DNA of 64,000 bases, taken from Harriotta raleighana. Lineage: Eukaryota. A program made the position numbers and the translations under genes. Numbering within the stretch: the first letter of the stretch is position 1; the number at the start of each line of letters is the position of its first letter. The notes under the pieces were generated by a model. That model had not been told where the DNA came from and did not search any database. It saw nothing but the letters and a program-made list of their open reading frames with translations. Below, piece after piece: positions 28,760 through 39,186 of this stretch. Location of the stretch: contig JBNZDD010013633.1 of NCBI GenBank assembly GCA_050575255.1, positions 626,792 to 690,791 of the forward strand, in the 5' to 3' direction.

Positions 28760-29537
28760 CAATAAAACCTGTTTACCCGTGACTCAATCAACCGTAACTT
28801 TCATATAACCGGCATCTCAAAAAAAGTCCCCATTCAAATAACCGGATCTTACCCGGCACAATCGCAATGGCGCATTTAATGAGTTAATTGTCGCATGAGA
28901 GTACAGTACGATTAGTTCTGAATGCTGCCAGTGGTGGCATTTCCGTTTTTTCCTCTTAAAGCAGCACTGTCGTTTTTTTCTCTCTCTCCTTTTTCTCTCC
29001 CTCGTTTTCTTTTTCTTTCTCTCTCTCCCTCTCCTTCCTTCCTCTCTACCTCTCCCTCTCTCTTTCTATCTCTTCCCTTCTTTCTTTCTTACCCTCTCTC
29101 TCTGATGGATATAACATATTGCCTGTGTAGCCTGATTGTATCATGAGTTGATTAATTTAGATGGAAAATGAGAGGAGCGGAGAGGGGTTGGGTTTGGAGC
29201 CATTGAGATGCCAGACTGACTGAGTGTGTGTGTGAGAGAGGGGGAAGGAGGGAAAGAAAAAATAGAGGAAAAACCGACAATACCGCTTTAAGCCACGACC
29301 GTCTACCATTGTAGAAGTTTGCTATGTGATTGTGTGCTGTGTTTATAGACCGTAATCAATATTTATTGCTTTATTGGTAAATATCCATACAATATTCTGT
29401 TATTATTCAGGCTAGTATTAATATGGTATGTTTAAAATAAAAAGTGTGTTGTGTTGGGTTTTCGGCCGAATATCCGGCTTGCCATTTAACCGGCATTGGC
29501 CATGTCCTGGGGGTGCCGGATAAACGGGCTTTTACTG
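28760..29537. mobile_element. Tigger-like MITE, both ends present
   Basis: TA-CAATAAAACCTGTTTACCCG ... CGGATAAACGGGCTTTTACTG-TA; internal CT-rich and GA-rich tracts. Confidence 0.75.
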
Positions 29538-29706
29538 TATCCAAATATTGCATAATGTTGCACAAATTATTTTAGAACAATCCAAACAAGGGCATATTGG
29601 TTGTAATGAACTAGAATTTTTCATGAATTAATTTTTTAAAAATTCAAATGAATTCTGCTGTAAATACAAGTTCCATTATGTTTTAATGCTCTGTATTTTC
29701 TTAAAG

Positions 29707-29878
29707 GTTTTGTCCATTCTACAAAACTGTCGGTATGCTGTCAAATATGATTGCTTTCTATGACATGGCACGCCACGCAGTTGAATCTACAGCTCAAAGT
29801 GATAACAAGATTACGTGGTCGATCATACGTGAACATATGGCTGAGATCCTATACAGGCTGAGTGCCATGAAATTCAAG
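29707..29878 (+). CDS. ATP6V1A: ATP6V1A coding exon 13
   Basis: [44 protein letters not shown]...MKFK. Confidence 0.97.
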
Positions 29879-30235
29879 GTAATCGATGTTTGTTTTTAAA
29901 ACAGCTATGTTTACAAGAATGTTGAACAGTAGTCTATATATATATTCACAAATGAGAATAATTGATGCCATTCTCGAATGTGAGGGTGGGAATAAACCAA
30001 AGCATTGACCTCATCGCTTTGCACCCGAGACAAGTTACACTGCTATCCTGTCTAAAATAGTCAACATCTGGCTGAAATGCTTCAACTCCCAGCTGGGGGA
30101 TGCCACCAAAGTTATCTTTTTAAATATTATATTTTTCTTTACAAAATGAGTTAGTTAAACACATTTAAACAACTCAATGCTGATACTTTACTGAAACTCG
30201 GCAAAGCGGAATTACTAAACCAGTTTTCCTAAAAT

Positions 30236-30605
30236 GTCACACTGGTTTGGTTGGTAACACACTTGCCTCAGAGTCAGGTTGTGGGTTCAAGCCACATGTC
30301 TGGGTTTTGTATTGACTGCCACTCCAGTACAGTGGAGCTTTGTGTTGTAAAATGTGATAACCTTCAGATGTGATGTTAAACTGAGTGTGTCTGTTCTGGT
30401 GGTCATTAAAAGATCCCATCATACTATTGGAAAAGAGAATGGAGTTTCTCCTGGTATCCTTGCCAACAATCCTCCCAGATAAAATTGATTATTCGCTTTT
30501 ATAGAGGTTTATGGTAAATTTGCCAATTGGCTGATGAGTTCTTGTTGTTTGCCAATTGGCTGCCACGTTTGCCTGCAAAATTCACCAAACTTCACAGTAT
30601 TTGGG
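30236..30605 (+). mobile_element. Old Deu-domain SINE (SacSINE1/AmnSINE-like)
   Basis: tRNA-like head GGTTGTGGGTTCAAGCC, then Deu-like CTTCAGATGTGATGTTAAAC...AAAAGATCCCAT...CTCCTGGTATCCTTGCCAAC. Related copies at ~2915-3170, ~38095-38300 (-) and ~50750-51095. Confidence 0.6.
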
Positions 30606-30784
30606 AGCCTTGTTTAAAAGTACAATGTTGCAATTTAAATAGAGTTCACAGGATTTCATTTAATGCAGTGTGTCAAGTTGAATCATTTCTGTTACGAAAT
30701 GTTTTACTAAATAGAGATATCTAGAAATGTTTCAATTTGACAGGCTAAACAATATTGGGGCTAATATTTTTATTTATTTCCCAG

Positions 30785-30877
30785 GATCCAGTGAAAGATG
30801 GAGAAGCAAAAATCAAGGCAGATTATGTTCAGCTTTATGAAGACATGCAGAATGCATTCCGAGGTCTAGAAGATTAA
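30785..30877 (+). CDS. ATP6V1A: ATP6V1A last coding exon
   Basis: [30 protein letters not shown]. The spliced CDS totals 1854 nt (617 aa) with all phases consistent. Confidence 0.97.
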   Translation, partial: DPVKDGEAKIKADYVQLYEDMQNAFRGLED

Positions 30878-31848
30878 AATTTCTCTGATTTCTGAAGAAT
30901 AATTGCAGTGAAATCCAGTTTTTGCCCAGTATTTATATCTGTTTTGTTTTCTTACATTCCTTTTCGACATTGAACATGCTTAAATGTTTTAATGTATTGG
31001 ATGTACAGTAATTGGTTCACTATTCAAACTGAGCATGATAGGCCTAGCTTACTATAGATATATTGGGAGATTGTATAAATATGGAACCGCAAACAAGTGT
31101 CAGTATTGCATTAATGCCATAACTGGTATTGCACACCTCGATTCCTGTAGAGGTGCTTCTTTAACTTACAGATGCAAGCCAACATTTAGACCATTGCAGA
31201 ACCAAATATGTCTGTCCCTCTTTTTTATTGGAAGTACAGATAAGTAATGAGTTGTACAAGAGGTATATGGGCACATTAGTCTCAGCATTATTCAGAAGTG
31301 TGATTAAGAGGAAGCTTTAGGTTTCAGATTGGCTGGATTTTAAACATTGAGATAACCTTGCTTTCAGCAGAAGTACAATACAAACTTGAAATTGATTATT
31401 AAAATGTAGAAATATTTCAAAACTCTGTATATTTTTCATCAGGAGAAAGAAACCATGGGAGTTATTAATGACAAAATATTACAATGAAGCAGCAAGCAGC
31501 AAAAAATTTAATCGGACATTAATTGCATGCTAATTCCAAGTTTTCACCATTCCTTTATTTCTTGTTTCTCTTGTTACAAGCTCTTCACAATAAACTTTCC
31601 TCTCATCCTTTACTCCTCACTTCATCCAGGCAAATAGTCGGTTCGTTCATCTAAAAGTACGTCAGATTCACGGTTAAGGATTTAACTTAAAATTCAGATT
31701 GTTTGAAGTCAAAACTTGAAAATTCTAACTTCTGTCTTTGGCAGCTAACACTCATATCCAAGTCTGTCTTAGTAATCAGTGAAACTAAAGGCATTACCCA
31801 AACTGATGGTGTACATTAGTTTGTCATAGCTGCTTTTGATTATGGGTA

Positions 31849-32628
31849 GAGGTATCCCCCGATTTACAACAGGGTTGAGTTCCTGAAAAAAGTCACACAT
31901 CGAAATGTTGTAAATTGGAATGCGTTTTCCCATGTGATCCCATTAAATAACCCGAGATGCGTTATTTTTGACAACATTTTCATACCTTAAACCCACTTAA
32001 ATAACACACAAAATAACACACAAAACGCACAAGATAACACACTAAATAACACTCATAGGCAAGATTTATTTTCTAAGTAATGACTGCTGAATTTTTTTTA
32101 CCACAAGGGTACTCCTGCTGCTCATTTCACTTAATGGGCTCTTTTCTGACATTGTAGAAATGCGATAGAGACTAAATCGCTCGAAATTACATGGTGTCGC
32201 TTCAAAAGAAGCTGGCTTTTAAAATGCTAGAAAAAAGCTTTTACCGCTTAAAAAAAAAAGATTTTTGCCGCTTAAAAAAAAACTTTTGCGGCAAAAAAAA
32301 GCTATTAAACCTAAAGAGAAAAAATGCGACACCGCCAACCAATTTGTATAAAGAGTGTACTTACAAAAGAGCTGAATCCACAAAAGAGATAATGTTTTGG
32401 CTGAGCTGAGCATCAATCATGATAACGCGCTCTAGTGGTGGGAGATTAATTTGGGTCACAGCAAAAAAAGATTGGGAACCATTGACATAACGACATGCTA
32501 TTGGCGCAAAAAATTTTGTCGTTAAATCTAAACAACATGTCGTATATCGATTAAAAAGGTGTTAAATAATTATGTTCCTTAAATTAAAACAATGTGAATA
32601 GAACCGTCGTAAATGGGGGGGATACCTG
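31849..32628. mobile_element. Tigger-like MITE inside the putative ATP6V1A 3' UTR
   Basis: TA-GAGGTATCCCCCGATTTAC ... GTAAATGGGGGGGATACCTG-TA terminal inverted repeats with TA flanks. Confidence 0.75.
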
Positions 32629-34023
32629 TATTTGGATTGCTTCTCCTCCAGGTTATATTGGAGTGTGGAGACTTCAGCATTTAATTTAGAGTGAAAATAC
32701 TTTGAGTTTATTGCATGCTGCTTTCTTGTGTGAAGCCTTTTACCTGTATCCTGCTACTGCTCTCAGAATAGTCACTCCACTTTACAATATATCCTGTGGT
32801 TTAGGACGTCCTAACGTGAAAGACACTTCCAAATGCATGGATTATTATCCAGGTTTCATTTTTGGATAGCTGTTTTATGTCCTGCCTACGATCTTATGGT
32901 TTAATTGGCATTTCTCTACATATACAGAAGGTATATGCTTTAGAGATGTGAAGATAATGAAATGATGTATGTAGTTTGGGATAAATTCACTATTTAATAT
33001 TAAAAGCACATAATATGATGGTAATGTTTGATGTAGGGACCGAAAGCAACTTGATCTGCCAGTTCTGTTTTCCAGTATAATTCACAAGTCTTTTTGGTCA
33101 TATAAATGTAATTAAACTGGCATGATTTATTGATCCTTAGCAGAGCAACTTTTAGGAGTTTACGTATGGCCTGCTCTGAACCAGTCAGACCAAAGATCTT
33201 CAGTTAATCTGCCTTTGTCAAAAGTGTAATTTCTAGATGAAAGGTAGGTAGAAATGGGGGGGGGAAATCTGAGAATGTCTAAATGATTGTGCAATAGATA
33301 TAGTATATAATTTCTAACAAAGGAGACTGAAATTATGTGCATTTCTTTCTAAACTAACCTGATGATCGTTCACTTCGAACTTTTTAATTTCCACAAACCA
33401 TTTCATGTGAATTTCCATTTCATGTTAAATCTATTTTATAGAGCAACTGGGACATTTGTAGCATTTCAGACCACTCTGAAAATAATTCAAAGGAATTAAT
33501 TCAGTTTATTAAAATATCCTTGTTGGCAAAGCTATGGAAATTTATATGTTGTCAAACCGGATGGACTACTTTGAGAATGCTGGTCTATGGAACATCAGAT
33601 TTACATGTTTAATTGGTCATTTGTAAAAACAACTTGTGTAGGTAAAGGGGTGCTGTTTCATTGAAGTATCACGATTTTCTTAACCGTTTAATACTCTTAA
33701 ATTGTTTCCTGTTTGAGCAAGTGAGCAGTCACTATACATCGGTCTTCATTGTATTACATTCATGTTCAAAAGCCTTGTAGTTCAAAATATAGCAGTGAAA
33801 TCTAGATGTAATTAATTTAATGTTATAAACAGATATCAAAAGAGCATCTTGAAAATTAAAGCATTCATGCAGCTGTATTGTGATTAATGCAATAATTAAG
33901 TTTGTAACTCTTTCAGTGGTTCTGATGCTACTGTTGTCCAGTAAATGTATTTTTTTGTGTGTGTGCACAGGCAAAGTTGTTTTCATGTTTGGTCATTGTG
34001 CAAAATTGTAAAAATCCTGGAAA

Positions 34024-34029
34024 AATAAA
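34024..34029 (+). terminator. Candidate distal polyadenylation signal of ATP6V1A (proximal AATAAA at 31589-31594)
   Basis: AATAAA followed by GT/T-rich sequence, just before repeat-derived DNA resumes. Confidence 0.5.
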
Positions 34030-34089
34030 AGTTTACAAAATTGTGATGGTATTCCAATGTTTTCAATATTTATGTTATTTTGATGACAT

Positions 34090-35485
34090 TTACAACATAT
34101 TACAACTCCACCCCCTCGCCCAGTTCCCCCATTCTCCGACACCAGCAATGTCTCCCTATCATCTGGCACTGTTCATATCCCTCTCAACAGCCACAATCAC
34201 CCCTTTCCTGAAGAAGCCTTCTCTGGACGTATCCTGCTTTACAGTTACTGGCCGATCTCCAACCTCCTTTTCCTAGGTCCTTGACCAGAGTTGTTGCTTC
34301 ACTCTTTCCTCCCACTCCCTCCATGAGCCCCTTCAATCCTGTTTCCATACTGTGAGGAAACTGCTCTGGTCAAAATTACAAATGACATCCTCTCCATCTG
34401 TGACCAGGGCTACCTCTTGCCTCCTCGACCTCAGCTGCCTTTGACACTGGACCACTCAATCCTCCTCCACCTCACTTCAACCTTCAAAGTTCTATCCTTG
34501 ACTGTTTCAAGTCTTATTTCTCACACTGTTTCCAATTTGTCTCTGCCAACGGTTTTCAGCAACAACAACAAAATTACATTTATAGACCTTTCACATCGGG
34601 AGGACGTCCCAAGGACAACTGCCATCCTGATAGACTGCCTGTCAGACATCAAGTCCTAGATGAGAGACAATTTTTTATAGCTGAATATCAGCAAGAACAA
34701 GGCCCTCCTGATTGGCTCATGCCAGCGCTTCTGTACATCAGGCTTTGGCAGCATCAGCATTCACAGATGCACACTCCATGTAACCAGGCCAGTCAGGAAC
34801 CTGGGTGTCTTGTTTGACCCTGAACTGTCCTTGCTCCCTTATATCCATGGCATAGCCCAATCTGCTTTCTATCACCTTTCCAACATTGCCTGTCATAGCT
34901 ATTGCCTCACCCCTCAGGCCACAGAAACCCTCACACACCCGTTTGTCACCTCAAGGCTCAACTACTGCAACTCCCTCCTTGTTGACTCCCCCCTCCACAA
35001 GCTGCAGATCATCCAAAACTTTACAGCCTGTGTCCTCTCCCAGATCCCACACCCCCCACCCTCTCCCAGCTCCACTGGCTCCCCTTCCCTCTGAAGATAG
35101 GATTCAAGATACTTTCAATGCCATTCACGGCCTTGCCCCCTTCTACTTCTCTGCCTTGCTGACCCCCTATCAAGCTATCTGCTTCCTCTGCTCAGCAGGC
35201 TCTGACCTGCTCCATCACTCTTCACCTGTCCCGCCCTATCATTGATGGCCGGGTTTTCAGCCTCTCTGCCAGCACCCTTTGGAACTCCATCCCACAATCC
35301 TGTTACCTTGTTCCTTCCCTTGCCTACTTCAAAGCTATCTTGTTGACTTTGCTTTCAGCCACCCACCTACCTCTCTGCCCTCCCTCACATCAACCCTCCC
35401 TTTCTCCATGCTTGGGTCCTGACCCCTGACTGTTCAGCGTTTTGAGACATCCTCTTGTCGTGAAATATAATTTTGTTGTTGTTCT
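34090..35485 (+). mobile_element. Degraded L2 LINE 3' part
   Basis: ETALVKITNDIL and FVTSRLNYCNSLL peptides; (TTG)n tail at ~35470. Confidence 0.8.
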
Positions 35486-35810
35486 ATTGGGATTTGAAGA
35501 GATTATTCTGATGTACGCACATCAAGCATAGACAGGGGACAACAAGTTTGCAGGGCTATGTGGAGATAGGAGGGAAGTGGGATTGATTTGGACACAATCT
35601 TTAAAATAGCCAGCACAGACATGATGGGCTGAATGGCCTCTTTCTGTGCTGTACACTATGATTCTATTAACATCGGAAGAATTTAATTTAAGAAAAAAAA
35701 CATTCAATACAGCCTCCAGGAACTGATATTACAATCTCAATTATGCTCCTAATATAGCTTATTTTTCAAAATTGCTGCTGCTATGCTAATCATTTTGTTT
35801 GAGTTTTTAA

Positions 35811-36126
35811 GAGCTCCTGTGGCTTAGTGGTTAGAGCACTTGCCTTGCAAGCATGAGACCTGTGTTCAAATCCAGGCAGATCAGGGTGAAACCTTGGGCA
35901 AGTTTCCTTACTCCACATGCCTACTAATAATCTCCAAAAAAACACAATAATAAAATTGGTCATTTCAATCTATGACTGTTTGTGGGACACTGCTGTGCGC
36001 AATTGGCTGCCACATTCTGCCCACAAATATACAGTCAAATCACTTTACAGTATATTCTGTGAAGCGCTTTGGGATGTTGATAAGATGTGAAAAGCGCTAT
36101 ATCAAATGCAAGGATTATTATTATTA
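35811..36126 (+). mobile_element. Full-length tRNA(Ala)-derived SINE
   Basis: A and B boxes, anticodon-like loop CTTGCAA (TGC), body, L2-like tail AAGCGCTTTGGGATG...GTGAAAAGCGCTATATCAAATGCAAGG(ATT)n. Confidence 0.85.
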
Positions 36127-36399
36127 AGAGTGAAAAATCGGCTTTAAAATGATGATGAACTGAGGCTGAATTGTAACAAAAATATTTCGATTCTGTGAAA
36201 GTACAAGAACGAAAGAGTTTACAAATCAGGTGAGTCAGAATGCGAGTCAATCACTCGTATTCAGACCAATTAATCCAATATTCAAACAAGGACTAGGGCT
36301 GATCTGTTTCTTCACTCAAATACTACATCCTATCTTGGAAGCAGTACATTCTTCGCCTCAGCCACCTGCCTTAGTAACATAAACCACAGCAATTTAAAC

Positions 36400-36586
36400 A
36401 CCCATTTTAAAATTTATTGATGATTAAACAATCTCACAAAAAGCAGCACTAGTGTGTTGACAGCCATATCAATGACGAAAACAAAATTTGAAAGTGAATG
36501 TGACCACTTTTGAAAAATCAAATAATGGCTGGAAACTTATTTTATAACAGATAATATTGATTGCTGAATTGTGCATGACCTTCATG
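36400..36586 (-). other. Candidate terminal exon of the Ig-superfamily gene (stop after one codon in phase 1; 3' UTR with AATAAA at 36413-36418)
   Basis: Strong minus-strand acceptor CTAACTTTTTTCTTTATTTTTACAG|CATGA and a downstream AATAAA. Confidence 0.4.
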
Positions 36587-37447
36587 CTGTAAAAATAAAG
36601 AAAAAAGTTAGTGTAATAAGCAGAACTGTACATTATAAACCATGTATACAATTACTTAATATTAAGTCAGGGTTTGGAATGGATTTTTCAGATGTTTGAG
36701 TACTGTTGCATTTGAAGATAATACTGGGGTTATTATCTTCAAATGCTAGAGTTAATCCTGCAATGTTGAACAATATTAAATGCCCATAGAAACAACTGCA
36801 ATAAATATTACTGGACTATTTCACCATCTGCCCTACAGTTATCTTGGCAGTGAGTGGCTCAGCACCAGAACAAACAATGATGTTGTTCCAAATATCCAAG
36901 TTAAATTGTTTTCATGTGCTTTTTGCATAAAAAAACTGAAACTCTTGGGTTTTCGAATGTAAAAATGGTAACTGGACTATAGAGCAAAATTCAAGGATCA
37001 GTACCTCAAGCTTTTATTGCAATTCTGCTGTAATGCATAATCAGCATCTGAAGCATCAGGGTAATTAGCCTTATATATATCCTTTCATAGAGAAAGATGA
37101 GAGAATCTTGTAGGATGGGGAAAATAAATAGAAGTGAAGTTAGTTAGCAAACATTCTTCACACAAAAAGTTGCGAGAATGTGAATGCACTGTCACTGCCG
37201 TTCTGCATGAAGAATAATAAGATTCCTTACATTTGATACAGTGCTTTGAGACATCTTGAAGATGTCTCAAAGCGCTTTGCAAAACATATTGTAAGGAGAA
37301 TTGATTATATTTTGTGGGGGAAATATAGATGTTTAAGAGGGAAATTGATTTTAAAACCTACTGTCCATTATCCTTTAGGCATTGTTTGAGTTGTAGATGA
37401 TGGGTATGAATTAATTGAATTTTTAATTAATTTGGCAAGTATCTCAC

Positions 37448-37588
37448 CTGATGGCGCATCTGATATTTGACATGACATCTTCTCCCTGAAGTGTGGTACA
37501 ATTACTGTCAAAACGCCAAGACAAATCCCAACAGCAGCTGCAACAATCCCAACAGTCATCCCTACAGTTTCTTTAAAACCCCAAATCT
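37448..37588 (-). CDS. Transmembrane exon of the Ig-superfamily gene
   Basis: Acceptor TTTTCTTATTCTTCTCCAG, 141 nt, phase 1-1, donor CAG|GTGAGA. Encodes IWGFKETVGMTVGIVAAAVGICLGVLTVIVPHFREKMSCQISDAPS: hydrophobic helix followed by basic residues. Confidence 0.75.
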
Positions 37589-37627
37589 CTGGAGAAGAAT
37601 AAGAAAACATACACTGATATATATCTA

Positions 37628-38010
37628 TGCAGTCCCTTAGCATAGTGGTTAGCATGCTCGCCTCGCAAGCAAGAGGACCCAGGTTTGATTCCCGGGTGGG
37701 ACAAAACCTTAGGCAAGTTTCCTCTTCCACAAGGCTCTGTTTATCTAGCAGTATGTAAGAACCAGGTTGTTAGTGAATTGGCAGATCACTTTCTGGGTGT
37801 AATAATCCCTTCCCCACCAAATCCACAACTGCACACTGCTGAGCGCAATTTGGCTGCCGCGTTTTCGCCCATAAATATAGTCAATTTTTCCTACTTTCCT
37901 TCCCCCGACCCCTCCATCCTCTATTCTGATCCCTCCTTGACTGTACAGTGCCTTGGGACGTTCTCCCGACGTGAAAGGCACTATATAAATGTAATTTTGA
38001 TTGATTGATT
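37628..38010 (+). mobile_element. tRNA/CORE-type SINE variant with (GATT)n tail
   Basis: tRNA head, CCTTAGGCAAGTTTCC...CTCTGTTTATCTAGCAGTA core-like block, tail GGGACGTTCTCCCGACGTGAAAGGCACTATATAAATGTAATTTT(GATT)n. Confidence 0.75.
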
Positions 38011-38526
38011 GAACTGTTTGTAGGACACCACTTTGTGCAATTGGCTGCTGGGTTTCGATGACAAAATTAACAATCAATTCAGTTTACAATATATTCTGTT
38101 GGCAAACAGAAGACCATTTGCACACAGCAATATCCGACAAACAACCATGAAGTGATTCACTCATTATCCAGTTGGGGGAAGGCTGGCCAGTACGAGGAAT
38201 AAAAACGTCTTGTTTCAAATAGTGACATGGGATTTTTAACATCTAGCTGAACAGGCAGTGCTCAAATATGATTCAGAAGTGAAAGTGTTGCCAATAGGCT
38301 AGGCTAATACCTAAAAGTTGGGTTAATTTACCAGTGTAGTAATTCTTATTTTCTGAATGAAAATCATTGCAAAGAAGATGAAAGCCTTAATGAACCCACT
38401 TCAAATATAAGAAATGAGTATGTATCAGTTTAACACTTAGGTGATGCTGATAAGCACATGGATACATTTTGATGATGAATGTCATCACGCATTTATAGTA
38501 TTGCGGATGTCAGTGTTTTCGATCTT

Positions 38527-39186
38527 TCAATAACGTAACCAAAAATTATCTGCTTTCTGCTTTACCACAAGATGTGCTCCATTACCACTTAAGTCTCTCC
38601 CATCAGGGAGTAACAATGTACAGAAATATCTGCCACAGTCATTCTTGGTTACATTCAGAATTGTCATAGAAGCATCTCCTTTTGACAGATCACCACTCAG
38701 AAAGATTCGCTTTGAATAGATGGTGGAATCAGACGAGCTATATGTTAGGATAGGTATCCTCTCAGTGATGATTTCCCTATACCATGTAACAGAGAGTTCA
38801 CCTGGAAATGCACCATCAACATTATTATGGTATTGACATGGCAAAATCACAGATTTCCCTTCCCGAACTTTCAGCTTGCCAAGGCCCTGATCTACAAACG
38901 TTCGCTCTGATTGAGTCAGTCCCTCTTCAGCAGTCATTTTAGCAACATCGGTTACATTTGATAACGCTTTGATTTCAATAAATAACGATTCATTCCCAAC
39001 TGGCAGATGGAAGGCTGTTGTTACTCCGCCCGAGCTGGTGGATTCTAACTCATCTGTTATCCCTTCAGCCACAGTTTTGTTATAAAGGATTTCAGGATGG
39101 GAGAAGAACAAGGTGGCATTCTCACTTCCAATCACATTGTCAGCTTTGATGAACGCAGCTAGTGTTAAAAACAAGAAACATTTCAT
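38527..39186 (-). CDS. Ig-superfamily V-set (VJ-type) receptor ectodomain: signal peptide, N-glycosylated stalk, V domain
   Basis: Uninterrupted 219-codon ORF in unique sequence. Motifs: VREGKSVILPC (C117), VTWYRE (W135), R160, DASMTILNV, DCGRYFC (C189), J-like GNGAHLVV; five N-x-S/T sites. Confidence 0.85.
   Translation of the reverse strand: MKCFLFLTLAAFIKADNVIGSENATLFFSHPEILYNKTVAEGITDELESTSSGGVTTAFHLPVGNESLFIEIKALSNVTDVAKMTAEEGLTQSERTFVDQGLGKLKVREGKSVILPCQYHNNVDGAFPGELSVTWYREIITERIPILTYSSSDSTIYSKRIFLSGDLSKGDASMTILNVTKNDCGRYFCTLLLPDGRDLSGNGAHLVVKQKADNFWLRY

Noticed and set aside
35811-35885. tRNA-Ala-like sequences with A/B boxes (also near 2600, 25960, 37630, 44350, 48245)
   Set aside because: They are SINE heads continuing into SINE bodies; I see no intact acceptor stem.
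37004-37110. Possible extra cytoplasmic exon of the Ig gene with tyrosines (DIYKANYPDASDADYAL)
   Set aside because: That frame needs a phase-0 junction while the TM exon ends in phase 1; unsupported without transcript data.
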